A stretch of DNA of 64,000 nucleotides from Octopus sinensis (GCF_006345805.1 NC_043012.1:50778001-50842000), one strand, 5' to 3'; shown: positions 13,903-27,694, counted from the stretch's first letter. Program-made: numbers and translations. The notes: a model not told the origin generated them from the letters alone.

Positions 13903-14714
13903 TACACTCATACACGTACATATCTATATATATTACTTCTCTATGTTTATTAGTTTTAACAGCGCGTGACCTTAGGTTGGTGAATTCGATTGGATCTCAA
14001 AGAGATATTATCTCATCAAACACAATTTAATTTCAACTCTGTTTTTGCAGTTAAGATGGATGTTAATAATTTCCACTAGTGCCAAGACTTTTGGCGCCTG
14101 ATTGTTACAATTGGGTCTTACTACAATTTTTTTTAACTAATACGCTTGTTATCAATTAGTTGATTTTCAACTATTTGTATAAACATTTCACTCATGTGTT
14201 ATGCGCTGTGCTTCATTACTTGCGCATAAGTAAAACCTGGTTGGAGTTATAAATACATATCTACATTTATGTTTATTGTTGGTATGTATTTGTTATAGAC
14301 GCATGTCGAGGGTCCCGCACATATACTCACATACACTGCATATTAAATATAATATATATATATGCGCACGTGTGTGTGTACGTGTTTGTTTACAGTTTTA
14401 CGTATATACATACGTATTCATAATTACGTACATACGTATGTATATAAGCATGTACGTATGTCTGCATGCTTATGCATGTATGTGTATATGTATGTAAGTA
14501 TATAGGAAAGTATGTATGTATGCATGTATGCGTGTATGTATGTATAAACACATTCATATTTAAGTGGGAGTAAGAGAAAAGGAAATGCGTTTGTTTTTAC
14601 TAATGGTTCAATGCGCAAATCGACTATAGACGTCCTTAACGACTTCTATATATATTTAATAGTTACAGAAGATATTTCTAAATAAATATTAAATATTCAT
14701 TAATATGTACTTAT

Positions 14715-14795
<81 letters not shown>

Positions 14796-14807
14796 GTATA
14801 TATTTAT

Positions 14808-15110
14808 GCGCCCCTTTCAATCGTAGCCAGGCTCATGTACCCGTTTTCCCGGTTTCTGTGGGGTATGTGTCCCCCCACCCTGCCGCTGGAAGGGATGCCT
14901 GTCCATCGCATCGTTACTCAGGAAGGGAGAGTGAGAGAAAGTTGCGGCGAAAGTGTACAACAGGGGTCGCCACCACCCCCTGCCAGAGTCTCGTTGATCT
15001 TTTAGGTGTTTTCGCTCAATAAACACAGACAACACCCGGTGTGGGCATCGAAACCGCGATCCTCCGACCGCAAGTCTGCTGCCCTAGCCACTGGGCCATT
15101 GCGCTTTCAC
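14808..15110 (-). mobile_element. tRNA-headed SINE family C; tail shared with family D
   Basis: Minus head gcgcaatggcccagtggctagggcagcagacttgcggtcggaggatcgcggtttcgatgccc with A/B-box-like motifs; core ttattgagcgaaaacacctaaa. Confidence 0.88.
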
Positions 15111-15353
15111 ACACACACGCACACACACACACACACGTATATATATATATATATATATAATATATATATACATATTAGTGCAACACCCTAACTACTAGAC
15201 CATGAGCCTTCACATAAATAAATAAATAAATAAATATACAAATGAATAAATAAATAACTAAATATATATATATACATATATATACATATATATATATAAT
15301 ATATATATATATATATTATATATATATGTGTGTGTATGTATGTATATATATAT

Positions 15354-15570
15354 AGGCACACGGGCGAGGGCTTCTGGTGAGAAGATTGCTTCCCAACCAC
15401 ATGATTCCAGGTTCAGCCTAACTGCATGGCACCTTGGGTGAATGTCTACTGCAGCTTCGCACTAACCAAATCTCTGAGTGGATTTGGTACACCGAATACA
15501 TGTGCATGTGTGTGTATGTGTGTGTGTGCCCTTGTTGGTGTATTTGTCCTCCACAACCGCGCGATCATAG
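15354..15570 (+). mobile_element. SINE family B, diverged 5' portion
   Basis: ttgcttcccaaccacatgattccaggttcag...gcaccttggg...gagtggatttggta. Confidence 0.75.
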
Positions 15571-15721
15571 GTGTTGTTGTGTAAACAAATTTCAGGCAAA
15601 AGAGAAAAACGCAATGAAAACAAACAGGTTCCTGCCTGTCTTTGGATGACAAAAAGCTTTAAACAAACGTGTCTCAATTGTGCCTTTACTCTCTGTGTCA
15701 ACAACAACAATAATAATAATA

Positions 15722-15938
15722 AAAATCCTTTCTACTATAAGCACAAGGCCCAGATTTTTGTGGGGTGGGTGACAATTGAGCACATCGACACTAGTGCTTG
15801 ACCGGTATTTAATTTATCAATCCCGAAAGGGTGAAAGGCAAAGTCGATCACAGCGAATGTGAACTCAGAACATAACCGCAGACGAAATGCCGCCAAGCAT
15901 TTCACCCGGTGTGCTAACGATTCTGTCACCTCGCTTCC

Positions 15939-15940
<2 letters not shown>
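15722..15940 (-). mobile_element. SINE family A (tail type ii) flanked by (AAT)n
   Basis: cctttctactataagcacaaggcc...gaaaggcaaagtcga...gaactcagaac...gctaacgattctgtcacctcgc. Confidence 0.85.
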
Positions 15941-15975
<35 letters not shown>

Positions 15976-15985
15976 TAATAATAAT

Positions 15986-16029
<44 letters not shown>

Positions 16030-16057
16030 GCAATGATAATGATAATAATAATGATAG
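15941..16057. repeat. (AAT)n array
   Basis: Direct reading. Confidence 0.97.
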
Positions 16058-17029
16058 CAAGCGCACCCAACAAATTATTTTTGTTAACAAAAATGCGATG
16101 GCACTAGCGACTTGACATTATAAGTTACGTTATTTTACATTGGATGACATAGTGTTACTTCTTATTAATTAATTAATATTATTGAACCTACAGTTAAACG
16201 ATTGATATATCTCAATTCAAAATAATAGCCGATTACTAGCGAAATATGTCAAACATATAAGCGCTAAGGACTTCAGTTTAGTTAGAAATTTCAAATTTAT
16301 TAAAAATTTCCTTAAATTTGAAAAAAAAAAAAATTGGCAAAGAATAGTTGGCCTTAAATTTGCTAATAGAGAGGATCCTCCATACACTCAGAATCAAAGT
16401 ACGGTGTCATTGTTAATAGAGCCATCCCTTTCTTACAGGTACATGTTGATGGCTACGAAGTGAAAGAGAATATAGAAAGTATTTTGTAACGAATGACCGA
16501 GATGGCATAAACTTAGATATTTCTCTAATTTTGAAGTACCGAGAAAAAGTGATGCATGAATAACATTTTTTCACTGTCCCTAAATGGAAAGCTTTGCTCA
16601 TTTCAAAATAAACGTACAGTTGAAGTGACTCTGAATATCGTGTAATTACTATCTTACCACCAAATGCAGTGAAAATAATTTTATAGACAACTGATTGGAA
16701 CGCTAGAATGAACGAATATGTGTATAATTTTGCTATCTTATTTCACAATCTTGCATATGATATACATGCAACTAATTTCAGCCTAATGAACGTTCGGCAG
16801 TAGGTAAAACTTAATAAAACTGGGCATAATAGCATTTATGTAATACAAGATTTAACAGACTTTCGGAAAAGTTTTGTGCGAAAACCTATCAAATTTAAAG
16901 ACTTTGGGTGCGCGCGTGCATGAACTAATGTTCATGCAGATTATGCACGCGCGCGAGTTCACACTCACACACGCGTGCACATGCACAGACGCTCACACAA
17001 TATTTTGTCAATAGAGAAAGAACCGATTT

Positions 17030-17086
17030 ATTTATATATATATATATATATATTATATATATGTATGTATGTATATATGTAGTTAC

Positions 17087-17154
<68 letters not shown>

Positions 17155-17464
17155 ATATGTAGTAGTATGTATATATATATATATATATTCATATATATAT
17201 ATATATATATGTATATTTATATTATATATATATGTAGAAATATATACATGAAAATATACATACATGTATATAAACATACGCACACACGCATATATTTGTA
17301 TAAGTATACATGAATGTATATAGGTAGATAGCAAGGCAGGACTATAATTTCTTTCTTCTATGGAGTAAACGAGAGTCACGTAAAAAATGTATAGAAAAAT
17401 GTAAATAAAAATATATATAAATATGAAATTAGTTGATTATAAAATAGGGGTATTTGTCCCAGTT

Positions 17465-17499
<35 letters not shown>

Positions 17500-17703
17500 A
17501 CATAGATAGATATACATACATATATATTATATGATATATATATATGCATATATATGTATTGTATACATATATATGCATATGTGTGTGTGTATATATATAT
17601 AGGTACATATAAATATATATATATAAACGTGTATATAACTGTAAGCATATATATTTATATACATGTGTATATATATATATATATCTATCTATCTATCTAT
17701 CTA

Positions 17704-17788
<85 letters not shown>

Positions 17789-17820
17789 ATGTATATATGT
17801 ATGTATGTTGTATGTGTATG
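17030..17820. repeat. TA/TG/TATG/CTAT microsatellite-rich block
   Basis: Direct reading. Confidence 0.9.
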
Positions 17821-19277
17821 CATATAAGCTTGGGCCTTTGCGTTTGACTGCGTTTGGAGGCAGAATTATATTTATATGCATGTGTGCCCGCATTGTGACT
17901 GAATTATATGTCTGAAAAGAAATGTAACGGGTTCAGACATAACTAAAATTAATTGAATAAACAAATATTACCCATACAAATACGTATTTCATAAAACTCT
18001 AACACTAGATGTTTTATTTTATGTAGTTAGAATGATCTGTGCTGACCTTAACAAAAACGGTTCAGAGACGATACAGAATATCTACAGCATCTCTGATAGT
18101 CTCTCTTGATCAATGTCTTCAATTATGGCCTTGCTCACAACGGCCAAGCTTGTCAGTCTGTTCACTGTAAAGAGACTGAATAATATATCATGGGCAATAG
18201 ACTCTATAGCTAATCACTTGAGTTCCTCTTGAACCAATAATTTTGCCGTCCATTTAAAAACATCGCTAGATATCATATAAGTTAGACATCATATATGATA
18301 TACGTTATCATATCTTCGATATGTAGTTACAGCATTCTGCAATGTTGTATTATTCAGTATCTACATTTGAAATAGCTACATGATATTATTATCGCCCTCT
18401 AATTACCAAAACCACAGAGAGAGCTCTTATTTATAAGAATAAAGATTAGAAATACGACTGTGTGTAGCTTTGTTTGTATATACATTTCTATATGTGTGTT
18501 GTTTGTGTGTGCGTGGTATGCGCGTGTATGCATGTGTATGCACACACACACTCGAGTGCCCAAGCACACACACACATACACACATACACACATAGACACT
18601 CGCGCACAGACACGCATGCACTTGTTAGTGGCTTGCAAATCTTGTATCTCAAAACCATGCGTCCTCTTCTTTATATAAGTAAAAATGTTCGTTAAGACAT
18701 GTCTACTTATGGAAGGAAAAAAATTAGTGCGACAGAAAGATCATTCACTATTTATTTGCATTACAGAAATTGGTGTCCGCTGGAAGTTTTTCGAAGATTT
18801 TAAACAGTGGGAAATCAAAAATCGATGGGGAGCGGATACATCTCTTAAGAAAGTTGTAGCTATTTACGACTACAATTGACTTCCATGGACTGGTTGAACA
18901 TCGGTCTATAGGTCTACATAGTGTTGTTTTATATTTTTACATTCTTACGGTATATTCTCAGGTACAAATCACAAAGATCATACAGTATTTTTCTACAACA
19001 GTTATTTTGTCATAGGAATATAAGAAAGAATGCAAATACAATAAATACACAATGTAGTATAACAAATACGAGGTTGCGTCGATGTCTCCACGACAGGATA
19101 TTCATCCAACACTTGGGATAACCAGTGGCGATCGATAACCAAACCTAGGTTAAGCGTTTGTTAGCTATCATCATCTGTGGACGGGTTAATTTCTAAGAAA
19201 TTAAACCCATTAGAGTTCAACTGGTCTATTTATTATAGCTACGAGGAGATGGCGTGCCAATCGTCGTAAAGTTGATC

Positions 19278-19316
19278 GGTCGTAAGTCGGATAGGTCGTA
19301 AGTCGGCGACGACCTG
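19278..19316 (-). mobile_element. Solo terminus resembling a pogo/Tigger-type TIR
   Basis: Minus reads TA|caggtcgtcgccgacttacgacctatccgacttacgacc, similar to the CAGG...CGACTTACGAC ends of Tigger-like MITEs; no partner end found. Confidence 0.4.
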
Positions 19317-19619
19317 TATAGATAGGTACAAGAATGACGGCATGATTTGCAGAGGTTAGCACTGATGAATTCACATTCATTCAACCGGGCACACATACGC
19401 ACCCTCGTACATGCTTAAAAATACCTGCGCGTAACACGAATAAAAGTACCCCAAAAGATATTTAATTACTCAAACATTCATGAGCTTGTAAATACGGTGA
19501 ATGAATTAATTAATGAATAGAGGAAGTAAAAAGGGAAGGAAGGAAGGAAAAAGGAAGGAAGGAAGGAAAAAGGAAGGAAGGAATATACCTGTTCCCGTGG
19601 TTGAGTATCAAGGGCCACC

Positions 19620-19950
19620 GGCACAATTACTCCCCCGCGACACACTCAGCGACCACCCATACACATATTGCTGTCCTCGGTCCATTTTCCCCTTTAATAT
19701 CAGTGAGCTTTATTTTCTGTCAACTCCGTCCCTGTAAATAAGGGCATAGATATACTGGGCTCCGACAGCATTATGTATATGAGTTCCAGCATCCACTTTC
19801 GTCCCCATATCCAATAGCTGGAGTGACTTGTACGTTTAAATGCGCCATCTTACAGATCTGCAGCACTCGCCTCCAATATGCTCTCTAGAAAGCTCTCAGT
19901 CGGGCAAGAAGTGTAGCGGTCACTGTTCCAGATCCTTGCGCTCGCTACAA
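19620..19950 (-). mobile_element. Possible degenerate RTE-like LINE fragment
   Basis: Minus frame GSGTVTATLLARLRAF*RAYWRRVLQI resembles the YGSETW..RL.AFE..C.RR.L.I region. Confidence 0.35.
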
Positions 19951-20039
19951 CAAATTAACTCAACTTCATATGTAATCTTAGACACACAGACGCGCGTGCG
20001 CTCGCACACACACTGTCACACATATGCACATACATACAT

Positions 20040-20415
20040 GCAGTTGGACAGAAAATCTATGGTCCACCGTAGCAGCCAGCTGTCCTGCTACTGTAAATAT
20101 CTCTTTGAAAATCAAAGAGAAAAAGGATCACCATGGACAATTGCTTCGACACCTCCAGCTTCGATATCCAGATTATAAATTAACATTTATACTAATAATA
20201 ATTATCGAACTTGGTTTTTCAGAAAAAAAGGAGTCAACCAACTAACTTGCACATTACAAAGACAATTTCTAAGTGGACCGCTAAGAATATTCAAGACTGT
20301 TCACAGGTTTAAAACGCCATGTTATTTTGTCATCTACATTCTAAAGATGTATCTTTGAATCTTTGTCAGAAAGCAGTTCCTTCTGAGGAAGAATTTAGAT
20401 AATTAAAAAAGGGGA
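20040..20415 (+). mobile_element. Second RLE-type non-LTR family, 3' end
   Basis: SCPATVNISLKIKEKKDHHGQLLRHLQLRYPDYKLTFI; 3' tail gaggaagaatttagataattaaa shared with the copy at 31612-32080. Confidence 0.7.
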
Positions 20416-20741
20416 ACACGCGCGCGCACACACGCACACACACGCGCGCTAACACATGCGCATATAATCTAAGAATTTCTAGAGTTTAATATAATGGAGT
20501 ATAAATTCCAGTTTATAGCCGAATGTGCTTCGAGTTTCATTACTGAAATAGATCTGTTTAGTTATTCTTCGATATTTACATATTTGTCTCCTGACAGTAG
20601 TATGACATGAATTTTAATTTTTTAAAGCAATATATTTATTTTTCATATATTCGTGATGAAAATCTAACTCAGTGTTACAAATTTCTCCGCCATAAATATT
20701 TAGCAGACATTCTACATACATTTGTTTAAAAATGTTGACGC

Positions 20742-20902
20742 AAGGCCAGCAATTTTAGGGGAAGGTACGTGTCCTATCGTCTCAGAAAGGGTGAAACGCA
20801 AAGTCGACTTCAAGGCTCTTTTAAACAGAGAACGTTAGGACGGAGATAATTACGCTAGGCATTTTGCTCTGTGTGCTAAAGATTCTATCAGCTTGTCGCC
20901 TT
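20742..20902 (-). mobile_element. Degenerate SINE family A
   Basis: aaggccagcaatttt...gaaagggtgaaacgcaaagtcgac...gtgtgctaaagattct. Confidence 0.65.
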
Positions 20903-20975
20903 CAGAAACTCTACATTTGTTGACTGTAAAGGTTCCGATACATACACACATACATACATAATAAAAAATAAATGA

Positions 20976-21220
20976 GCCTTTTTTAAAGCCTAGCCAGGCT
21001 CATGGACCCGGTTTCCCGGTTTCTATGGCGTATGTGTTCTCCAGGTGGACGTGACGCCAGTCCATCGCAGCGTTACTCATTTTGCCAGTTGAGTGGACTG
21101 GAGCAACGTGAAATGAAGTGTTTTGCTGAAGAACACAACGCGTCGCCCGGTCCAGAAATCGAAACCATAATCTTAGAAGCATGATGCTGACACACTAACC
21201 ACTCAGCCACGCGCCTCCAC
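20976..21220 (-). mobile_element. tRNA-headed SINE family D
   Basis: Minus head gtggaggcgcgtggctgagtggttagtgtgtc...ggtttcgatttctggaccggg; tail gcgatggactggcg...agaaaccgggaaaccgggtccatgagcctggctag. Confidence 0.85.
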
Positions 21221-22309
21221 AACATACATACATGCATACATATATATCTGTGTGTGCGCGGATGTTAACGTGTATGTGTGGGTCTGTCTGTTTGTGAGGG
21301 TGTGTGCATATGTGTTTGTAAGTGTGTGTATATGTGTGCAAGTGTCGATTTCAACGTGTATCGTCTTATATTACTATTAGTGTATTGAATGTGACGAACC
21401 ATTAATCAAAAACACCAAGAACAATTCTCGAAGATTATACAGCCTATCACATCGGTATTTGATATGATGGTCACATCACTAGTCTTTCTTGTCCATTCTA
21501 TATTTCCATTCTATATTTCCATTCAGCAACTGTTTCCTTAACCTTGCGATGTCCTTGTCATATCTCGTGGCTCAAATTAAATGTCAAATTTGAAGAAAAT
21601 CTCTCTCTCTGTTTTTCTTAAAAGGAAGTCGCCATGTGCACAAAACTAATATCTTAATAAACAGTAGAAGATATGTCATTCTGACGTAAGATTTAGTATC
21701 TCCATGTGACGATTTTCTATCAGGAAATTGAGACGAAAGATCGCAAATGAACTTTGACAGCAAACAAATGTAACTTGGATGAACGCCGAAAAAGAGCATA
21801 GAGAGTAGGATTTTACAAGCTGTAGTTTTCATCGAATGCATAGCTTATGTCAAAATGCGAAGCTCGGATTTCGATGAGGAGATCAGGAAATATAAACCAC
21901 TTGATATTGATACAAGACATTGAGGTTAGCAGAACGGTCAGTATTCTTTGACAATCAAACTAACTTATCGTATTGCAGCGTATGACTACATATATAATGG
22001 AGTTAATGCAATAGTTCTCGTCTGAAAACCGTCGCTGTTCATTGTCTTGATTGCATGTTTTTGTCGGTTGTTTTTGTTAGTTTTGGTGAAACTAATGTTC
22101 TTTGTTGATATAGAAGCCAGTTTTATGGAATATGAATAAAAATAATAACAAAAAAATACTTGAGTGGTTTCAGATGTTATGGTTTCATTGTTTATGTGCA
22201 TAAGGCTGGTCATGTTTCCGTAACAATTTTATTGTTATATATACTTATACATGCGTGTGTATGAGCTAGCGATTGAGAGTGAGAAAGAGAGCGAGTGTGT
22301 ATATACATT

Positions 22310-22373
22310 GATAGACATATACATGTGTGTGTGTGTTTCCATGTGTGTGAGTTATATGCATATATACATCAAT

Positions 22374-22434
<61 letters not shown>

Positions 22435-22455
22435 GTATATAAAAAACACACACAC

Positions 22456-22489
<34 letters not shown>

Positions 22490-22507
22490 ATATGTATGTA
22501 GTATGTG

Positions 22508-22551
<44 letters not shown>

Positions 22552-22555
22552 TCTG

Positions 22556-22593
<38 letters not shown>

Positions 22594-22690
22594 GTTATAT
22601 ATATGTATATATATATATAACTATATGTATATATGTACATATAGATATATATATGTATACACACACAAACATATATATATATATGTATGT
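22310..22690. repeat. TA-rich compound microsatellite
   Basis: Direct reading. Confidence 0.92.
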
Positions 22691-23359
22691 AGGTATGTTC
22701 GAGAAATATTGAATTTTAAAATATCGAAATATAGGTTAATTCTGTTTTAATGCATTGGGGATTTGCATACAAGTCTCAAGTTATATTTCATAAAGTAATG
22801 ATGGTGTGAACAAGTGCAGCAAGGTGAAATGTAATGTAGCGTGAAGCTTAAAAGTGATCAAATATTTTCCTGTTTCGACTGGATGTGGAAGGCTGTAAAT
22901 TATATTCCAAAATTACTGTTCAAGCATTCCCGTATTAATTGTTTGATCTCACCCTTTCATAGGATACAATTTCTGGTCTGGCACTACCTGTTTTGGGAAG
23001 AGTGTATAGGAACAAACAAAATCACCCTCTGACATGACATACATACGCACATATCTACGTCCATACATACATCCATACACATACACACTCACACAAACAT
23101 GTCACAACATGTCTTCAATGCAAGTCTGATGAAGTACCTCTGTAATGTCTAAAGTCGCAAAGGATACGTAAGTTTTCAGTTCGAATTTTCGCGTAAACTG
23201 ACTTTGCAAATAGAAACGGTAAGGAAACAATAAAGGTACGTTAAATAATTTTCCTTATCTCCTTGTCATTGGTATACACACACACACACACACCACACAC
23301 ACACATACACACACACACATATATATATATATATAATTTTAAAATTGTCTAAAGTCGTA

Positions 23360-23660
23360 AGACGCCCGCTGTTTTTGTCCTGTTTACCATTCTTGTTTTT
23401 TATTTCTATTTTTTGTTTCTTGTATTTATATTCGTGTGGCATCCTGTCTTTGTTTCGTATACATTCGATCCTCTTTCCAAGAAATCTAATGCCTGTGGTT
23501 TAGTTTTTCCTGGGGGCTGGCCGGTTCGGAGCGACATCGAGATTAAACAGCCGAAATTGCTAAGATGATCCGGTTCCCGACTGAAGATTAGAGGCTTCGA
23601 GTGACACGTCTGTTTATTTTGTGACATCTCTTTGTGTGTTTTTGCGTTCTTGTCCCACTT
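23360..23660 (+). repeat. Unclassified dispersed repeat, related to 12272-12430
   Basis: Aligns with the reverse complement of 12272-12430; bordered by TA microsatellites. Confidence 0.7.
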
Positions 23661-23741
23661 TGTAATTTATATTATATATCTAATTTATATATATATATAT
23701 ATTATATATATATATATATTATATATATATATATACATACA

Positions 23742-24030
23742 TACACATATCTACGAGGTGTTGTTAAGTAATCTCTGGCTTTGTGTAGAAAGAAGTAATT
23801 GAGGAACAGTTAATTATGATTTTATAAACTTATTCACTTCTCGTGTTCACACACGTATGGAGATCCTTTAGTTTTTTTAAGCCCTGTAAAAGAATTCAGA
23901 AGTATGGCGAACAAATCAGAACTTTGCGGTATCCTTAAAGCCACGAAACTTTCAGCAACGCCTCGCAGTGGAAATTCATGCGATTCGTTACGTATTGAGA
24001 TCAAATCTCACCGAGTTAAATGCATAGATG
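23742..24030 (-). mobile_element. Probable mariner 3' end with terminus tacgagg...
   Basis: tacgaggtgttg resembles the TA|cgag terminus at 51447; the minus frame near the end (SFTGLKK..) resembles a mariner C-terminus. Confidence 0.4.
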
Positions 24031-25890
24031 AATATATATATGAGTGCGTACTGGGTAGAGAGTATATAACACACACTGTGCAATCTTAGTTTCTTATCTT
24101 TTGTAGCCTGTCTTATAAGTTTATGTGAACTGTTTTCAATTCACACCCAAAATAAAACAAATTAACAGTTTTTACGTAACACACAGCCCAACAGACAAAA
24201 ACAAAATTTGTTACCTTGAAGTGCTAACTTAAATGAGATCGCTCTCATTTGTGTTAATATGTTTGTGTTAGCATATCTTTTCTTTTACGCATAATGTTTT
24301 GTTTTTTTCTTTTTTCGTTATCTGAAAATCTCGTTCGATCCCGATGCTGGACCCAACCACAGGTATATATTACAATTGTCCCCTTCTCGAATCTTTTATC
24401 CTCACACCAGGACAATACTTACTTGTTGGCAGTGAATATGTTGAGGACGTCAGAAGCGTAGGGCCAACATTCGTGTACAGGTTCGCACATATTGAGTCTG
24501 GCGTGTTTTCTTGTATTTTCAATAGAATAGATTTATTTCGTAAACTTATTTCCTGCGTGGATATCCATATTAAGCTGAAGATCTCATGCTCGTGGTACTG
24601 ATTAAAATCTGCAGGTCTGTTTTCTTTGCGAATACTGCCGAGACTCTGATTGCTTTAAGGAAAACTTTCCGGTTACTCAAACTAGATCCTTAAGACAGGT
24701 CTTCGTGATAAATCCTTTTTTTTTTTTACGATAACATACGTGCAGTAAATATTTTCTCTTAAATGATTAACATACATTGATAATTTCATTTATAATACGA
24801 GTGGTTAAGTGTTTATTCAATGCCGTACTCAGAAAGTTTTCATTGAATAGAAATTTATTCATTAGTACAAAAAAAAGAAGAATAGCTAGCGGTAATTGCA
24901 AGCAATGCTGAAAGAACTGTAAAATAATTTTAAGCAATTAAGCAATAATTTCGTGGAAAATTGAATATTTTCATGCCCAGAGCAAAGTATATATTCTGTC
25001 GCGAACTACTTTACATATGATACTATAAGTTCTAATGAGATTTCCGTTTTAGCGAGGCGTTTCCACAATGCTGTGTGGTTCTATTTCAGAGTGCTGTTGT
25101 GAGAATTATTTTAGCAGAATAAATATAATTGTGTAAAGTAATGTATCATGTACCTTTCTATATCTGATTTTTGTTAGTTTATCATTTATTTTAAGTATAA
25201 AATCAAATCAGTTTTAGGAAAGATATAGGTTCTAAAATTTATTTTAAATTACGTGAAAATCTATTGCCACCTGTATTCAGTGGTTAGATAGCGAAAGTTT
25301 AGCATCATCTTTGTTCTTTGTGTAGATCCTTAAAAACTTTAAAAAATGAGAAAAAATATGAATCATGGTTCCTCCAGTGTGAAGTAACGCGCTATAAAGT
25401 CGACATATTTATCATCAGACCGGATATGAAATCGATAGCTTTGAACAAAATGAACGCCACTAAAAGTAGCTGAGAAGTTGGCACTAGTTTTCAACCGAAC
25501 GTCTTAAGAAATCAACGACCCACAAAATGCTTTTGAATTTTATGTTTGAAGAGTAATCGATACAGGAGTCTGCAAAAAGAAAGAAAGAACGCGAAGCAGG
25601 AGTTTCGCGGACTTGAAAGTTTAAAATGTTTAAATAAAGAAAAAAACTATTGTAATAATAATCTGGTAGGAGTTCGCAAAAATAGAAATTTGTGATTATT
25701 GTGAAGATAACTAAAATTTTGTTGACTCCGATCAACAAAACTTAAACCGTTAAACAACTGGCAAAAAATACCCAGAGTGAAGTTGCTTGTAAGATGCAAA
25801 TTATATATGTGTCAGTGTGCGTGTGTGGTGTGGGTGTCTATGTGTGCATGTATATACAAATATATATATATATATGTGTATACAAATATA

Positions 25891-25930
<40 letters not shown>

Positions 25931-26400
25931 TTCGCTCCTTTTTTTCTCTCCTTGTTTCTCTCCTCGTTTTTTCTGTGTCCCTTTCCGTAGAAGAGCGTCG
26001 GCTCTAAACGTAAAAGAGTTTTTTCTATTCCTGAACGTTATACTAATACACCTGTTTATTTTGTACACTACCTGTCTTCGTCTTTTGTTTTATTTGTGAA
26101 CTCTCCCTAAACATATATATATATATATATATATAAACACAGACAAACACACCCACCCACACATATGAATGCATAAATATATGTGTATATGTATATATAC
26201 ATGTATATATGGGTATCTGTGTGTGTATGCATGTATGTATGTGTGTGTCTATTTTTGTTTTGTGTCTGTCCATGTGTGTATGTGTGCGTGTGTGTGTATG
26301 TCGCGCATGCTTGTGTGTGTGTATCTATTCGGCAAGCCAAGATGAACGTCTATTTTCTGATTTATAAATATACATTAGTTTCAAACACAATTCAATTTAT

Positions 26401-27287
26401 TCAATCAACGATATAATTACTGTTTTTGATCCATTGTTTTCTACCATCATGTAGTCGGATCGGGTGATTTCTGCTCAAATATTTTCGTGCCTTTACAGGC
26501 AATGAACAGTTCGAAGTAGATGTTTATATCGCCTTCAGAGTTGAAGGTTTAACATTCCAGTGGATTTTGAACAGACCGAAACATGTGAAATCTGGAAGCG
26601 CAACTCTGACGAATACGGAGGGTGTGGTAAATCTTCCCAGCCTGGCCCTGGTATTTTCCTCTACGTCTGCAAAAAAAGGCATTGTCAAGATTCTCATATA
26701 TGTGGGAAGAAGATGGTATCAGAAACTGCTTCATAATCCCACCAAATTCAGAGTATAACGTCCTTTGTGTGAAGTCCTGTTTTAGTGGTGGTTCGTTGTG
26801 CTTTATCCATGTTCCCTAAGACTCAGACTCTATAGACAATTCCTTTTCTGTCCCATGTGACCATCCTTTTTAGATAAGTATGACTTCCCTCATATTCCTG
26901 CAAGAAATCACAAACAGAAATCCATTGGATGAGGTTTGCCTCCTTCAATTGATTGAGACACGAACATGAAGTTGATGTAGATAATACTAAAAATACTATT
27001 TAGGTATTTATACAACATATGCAACCATCCTAGTTGTATAACGGGGATTAATGTCAAGTCAACTTGACATATGGTTGATGTTGCAGTGAATTCATTTGGT
27101 CAGCCACATCCTGGTACGCCTGAAATAGAAAATTTTTCAGTTCCAGACTTTGAAAATCACTTGCGACACACACATTTCTGAGCATCATTTATTCTGTATA
27201 CAGTGCATATTTTTCAGCGAACCTCCGCCACGTTTTTGACTAAAAATAGAACGCGTGAAGACAACAATGTTCACTTCGTTTCCCCAT
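26401..27287 (-). pseudogene. Decayed mariner (Mos1-like) transposase
   Basis: Minus frames in the expected order: KNVAEVR*KICTVY, QLKEANLIQWISVCD, TWDRKGIVY (cf. TGDEKW), KTGLHTKDVIL*IWWDY, GWEDLPHPPYS, RFHMFRSVQN, NSNYIVD*. Many stops and frameshifts, with internal deletions. Confidence 0.85.
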
Positions 27288-27384
27288 TTAAAAACCACTT
27301 GTTTCCTCATTTGTAAAGTGGGAGTGCGCGACGGACAGTCTGACGTTAGCTTCTTACGAGGGATCTTGAAGTTTTATGTCGACA

Positions 27385-27446
27385 CTGGATTATTGGCATA
27401 AATAATTCATTCATACAAATATACGTATATATATATGTATATATAT

Positions 27447-27495
<49 letters not shown>

Positions 27496-27656
27496 TATAT
27501 ATATACATATTAGTCGTATTTGTGAATCAGTTACCATGCTACATATTGGTCTTGCCATACTATATGGAATGTTTCTTTTTGTGTGGGATGGGTGGCAGGA
27601 GTGGAAATTTAAGTATTTGTGTGTGTCAGTTTTTTTGTAGTGGATGTTTTTTTGTA

Positions 27657-27657
<1 letters not shown>
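27385..27657 (-). mobile_element. Penelope-like element RT C-terminal fragment split by (TA)n
   Basis: IHYKKTDTHKYLNFHSCHPSHTKRNIPYSMARPICSMV matches the Penelope YxKPTDTxxYLxxxSxHP region; continues as NELFM after the microsatellite. Confidence 0.75.

Positions 27658-27694
<37 letters not shown>

Noticed and set aside
14990-15110. SINE heads as tRNA genes (also 21150-21220 and 35350-35422)
   Set aside because: A/B boxes are present but there is no complete cloverleaf, and each continues into a SINE body.
16438-16488. Good acceptor followed by VHVDGYEVKENIESIL*
   Set aside because: Weak donor, in-frame stop, and no companion exons.
18080-18175. Minus peptide NRLTSLAVVSKAIIEDID, and HAEFSDAAFLALKPL at about 46340-46420, both hAT-like
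   Set aside because: Too short and degenerate to support without an HMM search.
18685-18879. ORF ending KKVVAIYDYN, like an SH3 domain start
   Set aside because: A stop follows immediately, with no splice donor and no remaining SH3 motifs.
24421-24520. Minus-strand donor (AA|GTAAGT) after ARLNMCEPVHECWPYASDVLNIFTAN
   Set aside because: No convincing acceptor and the peptide is unrecognised.
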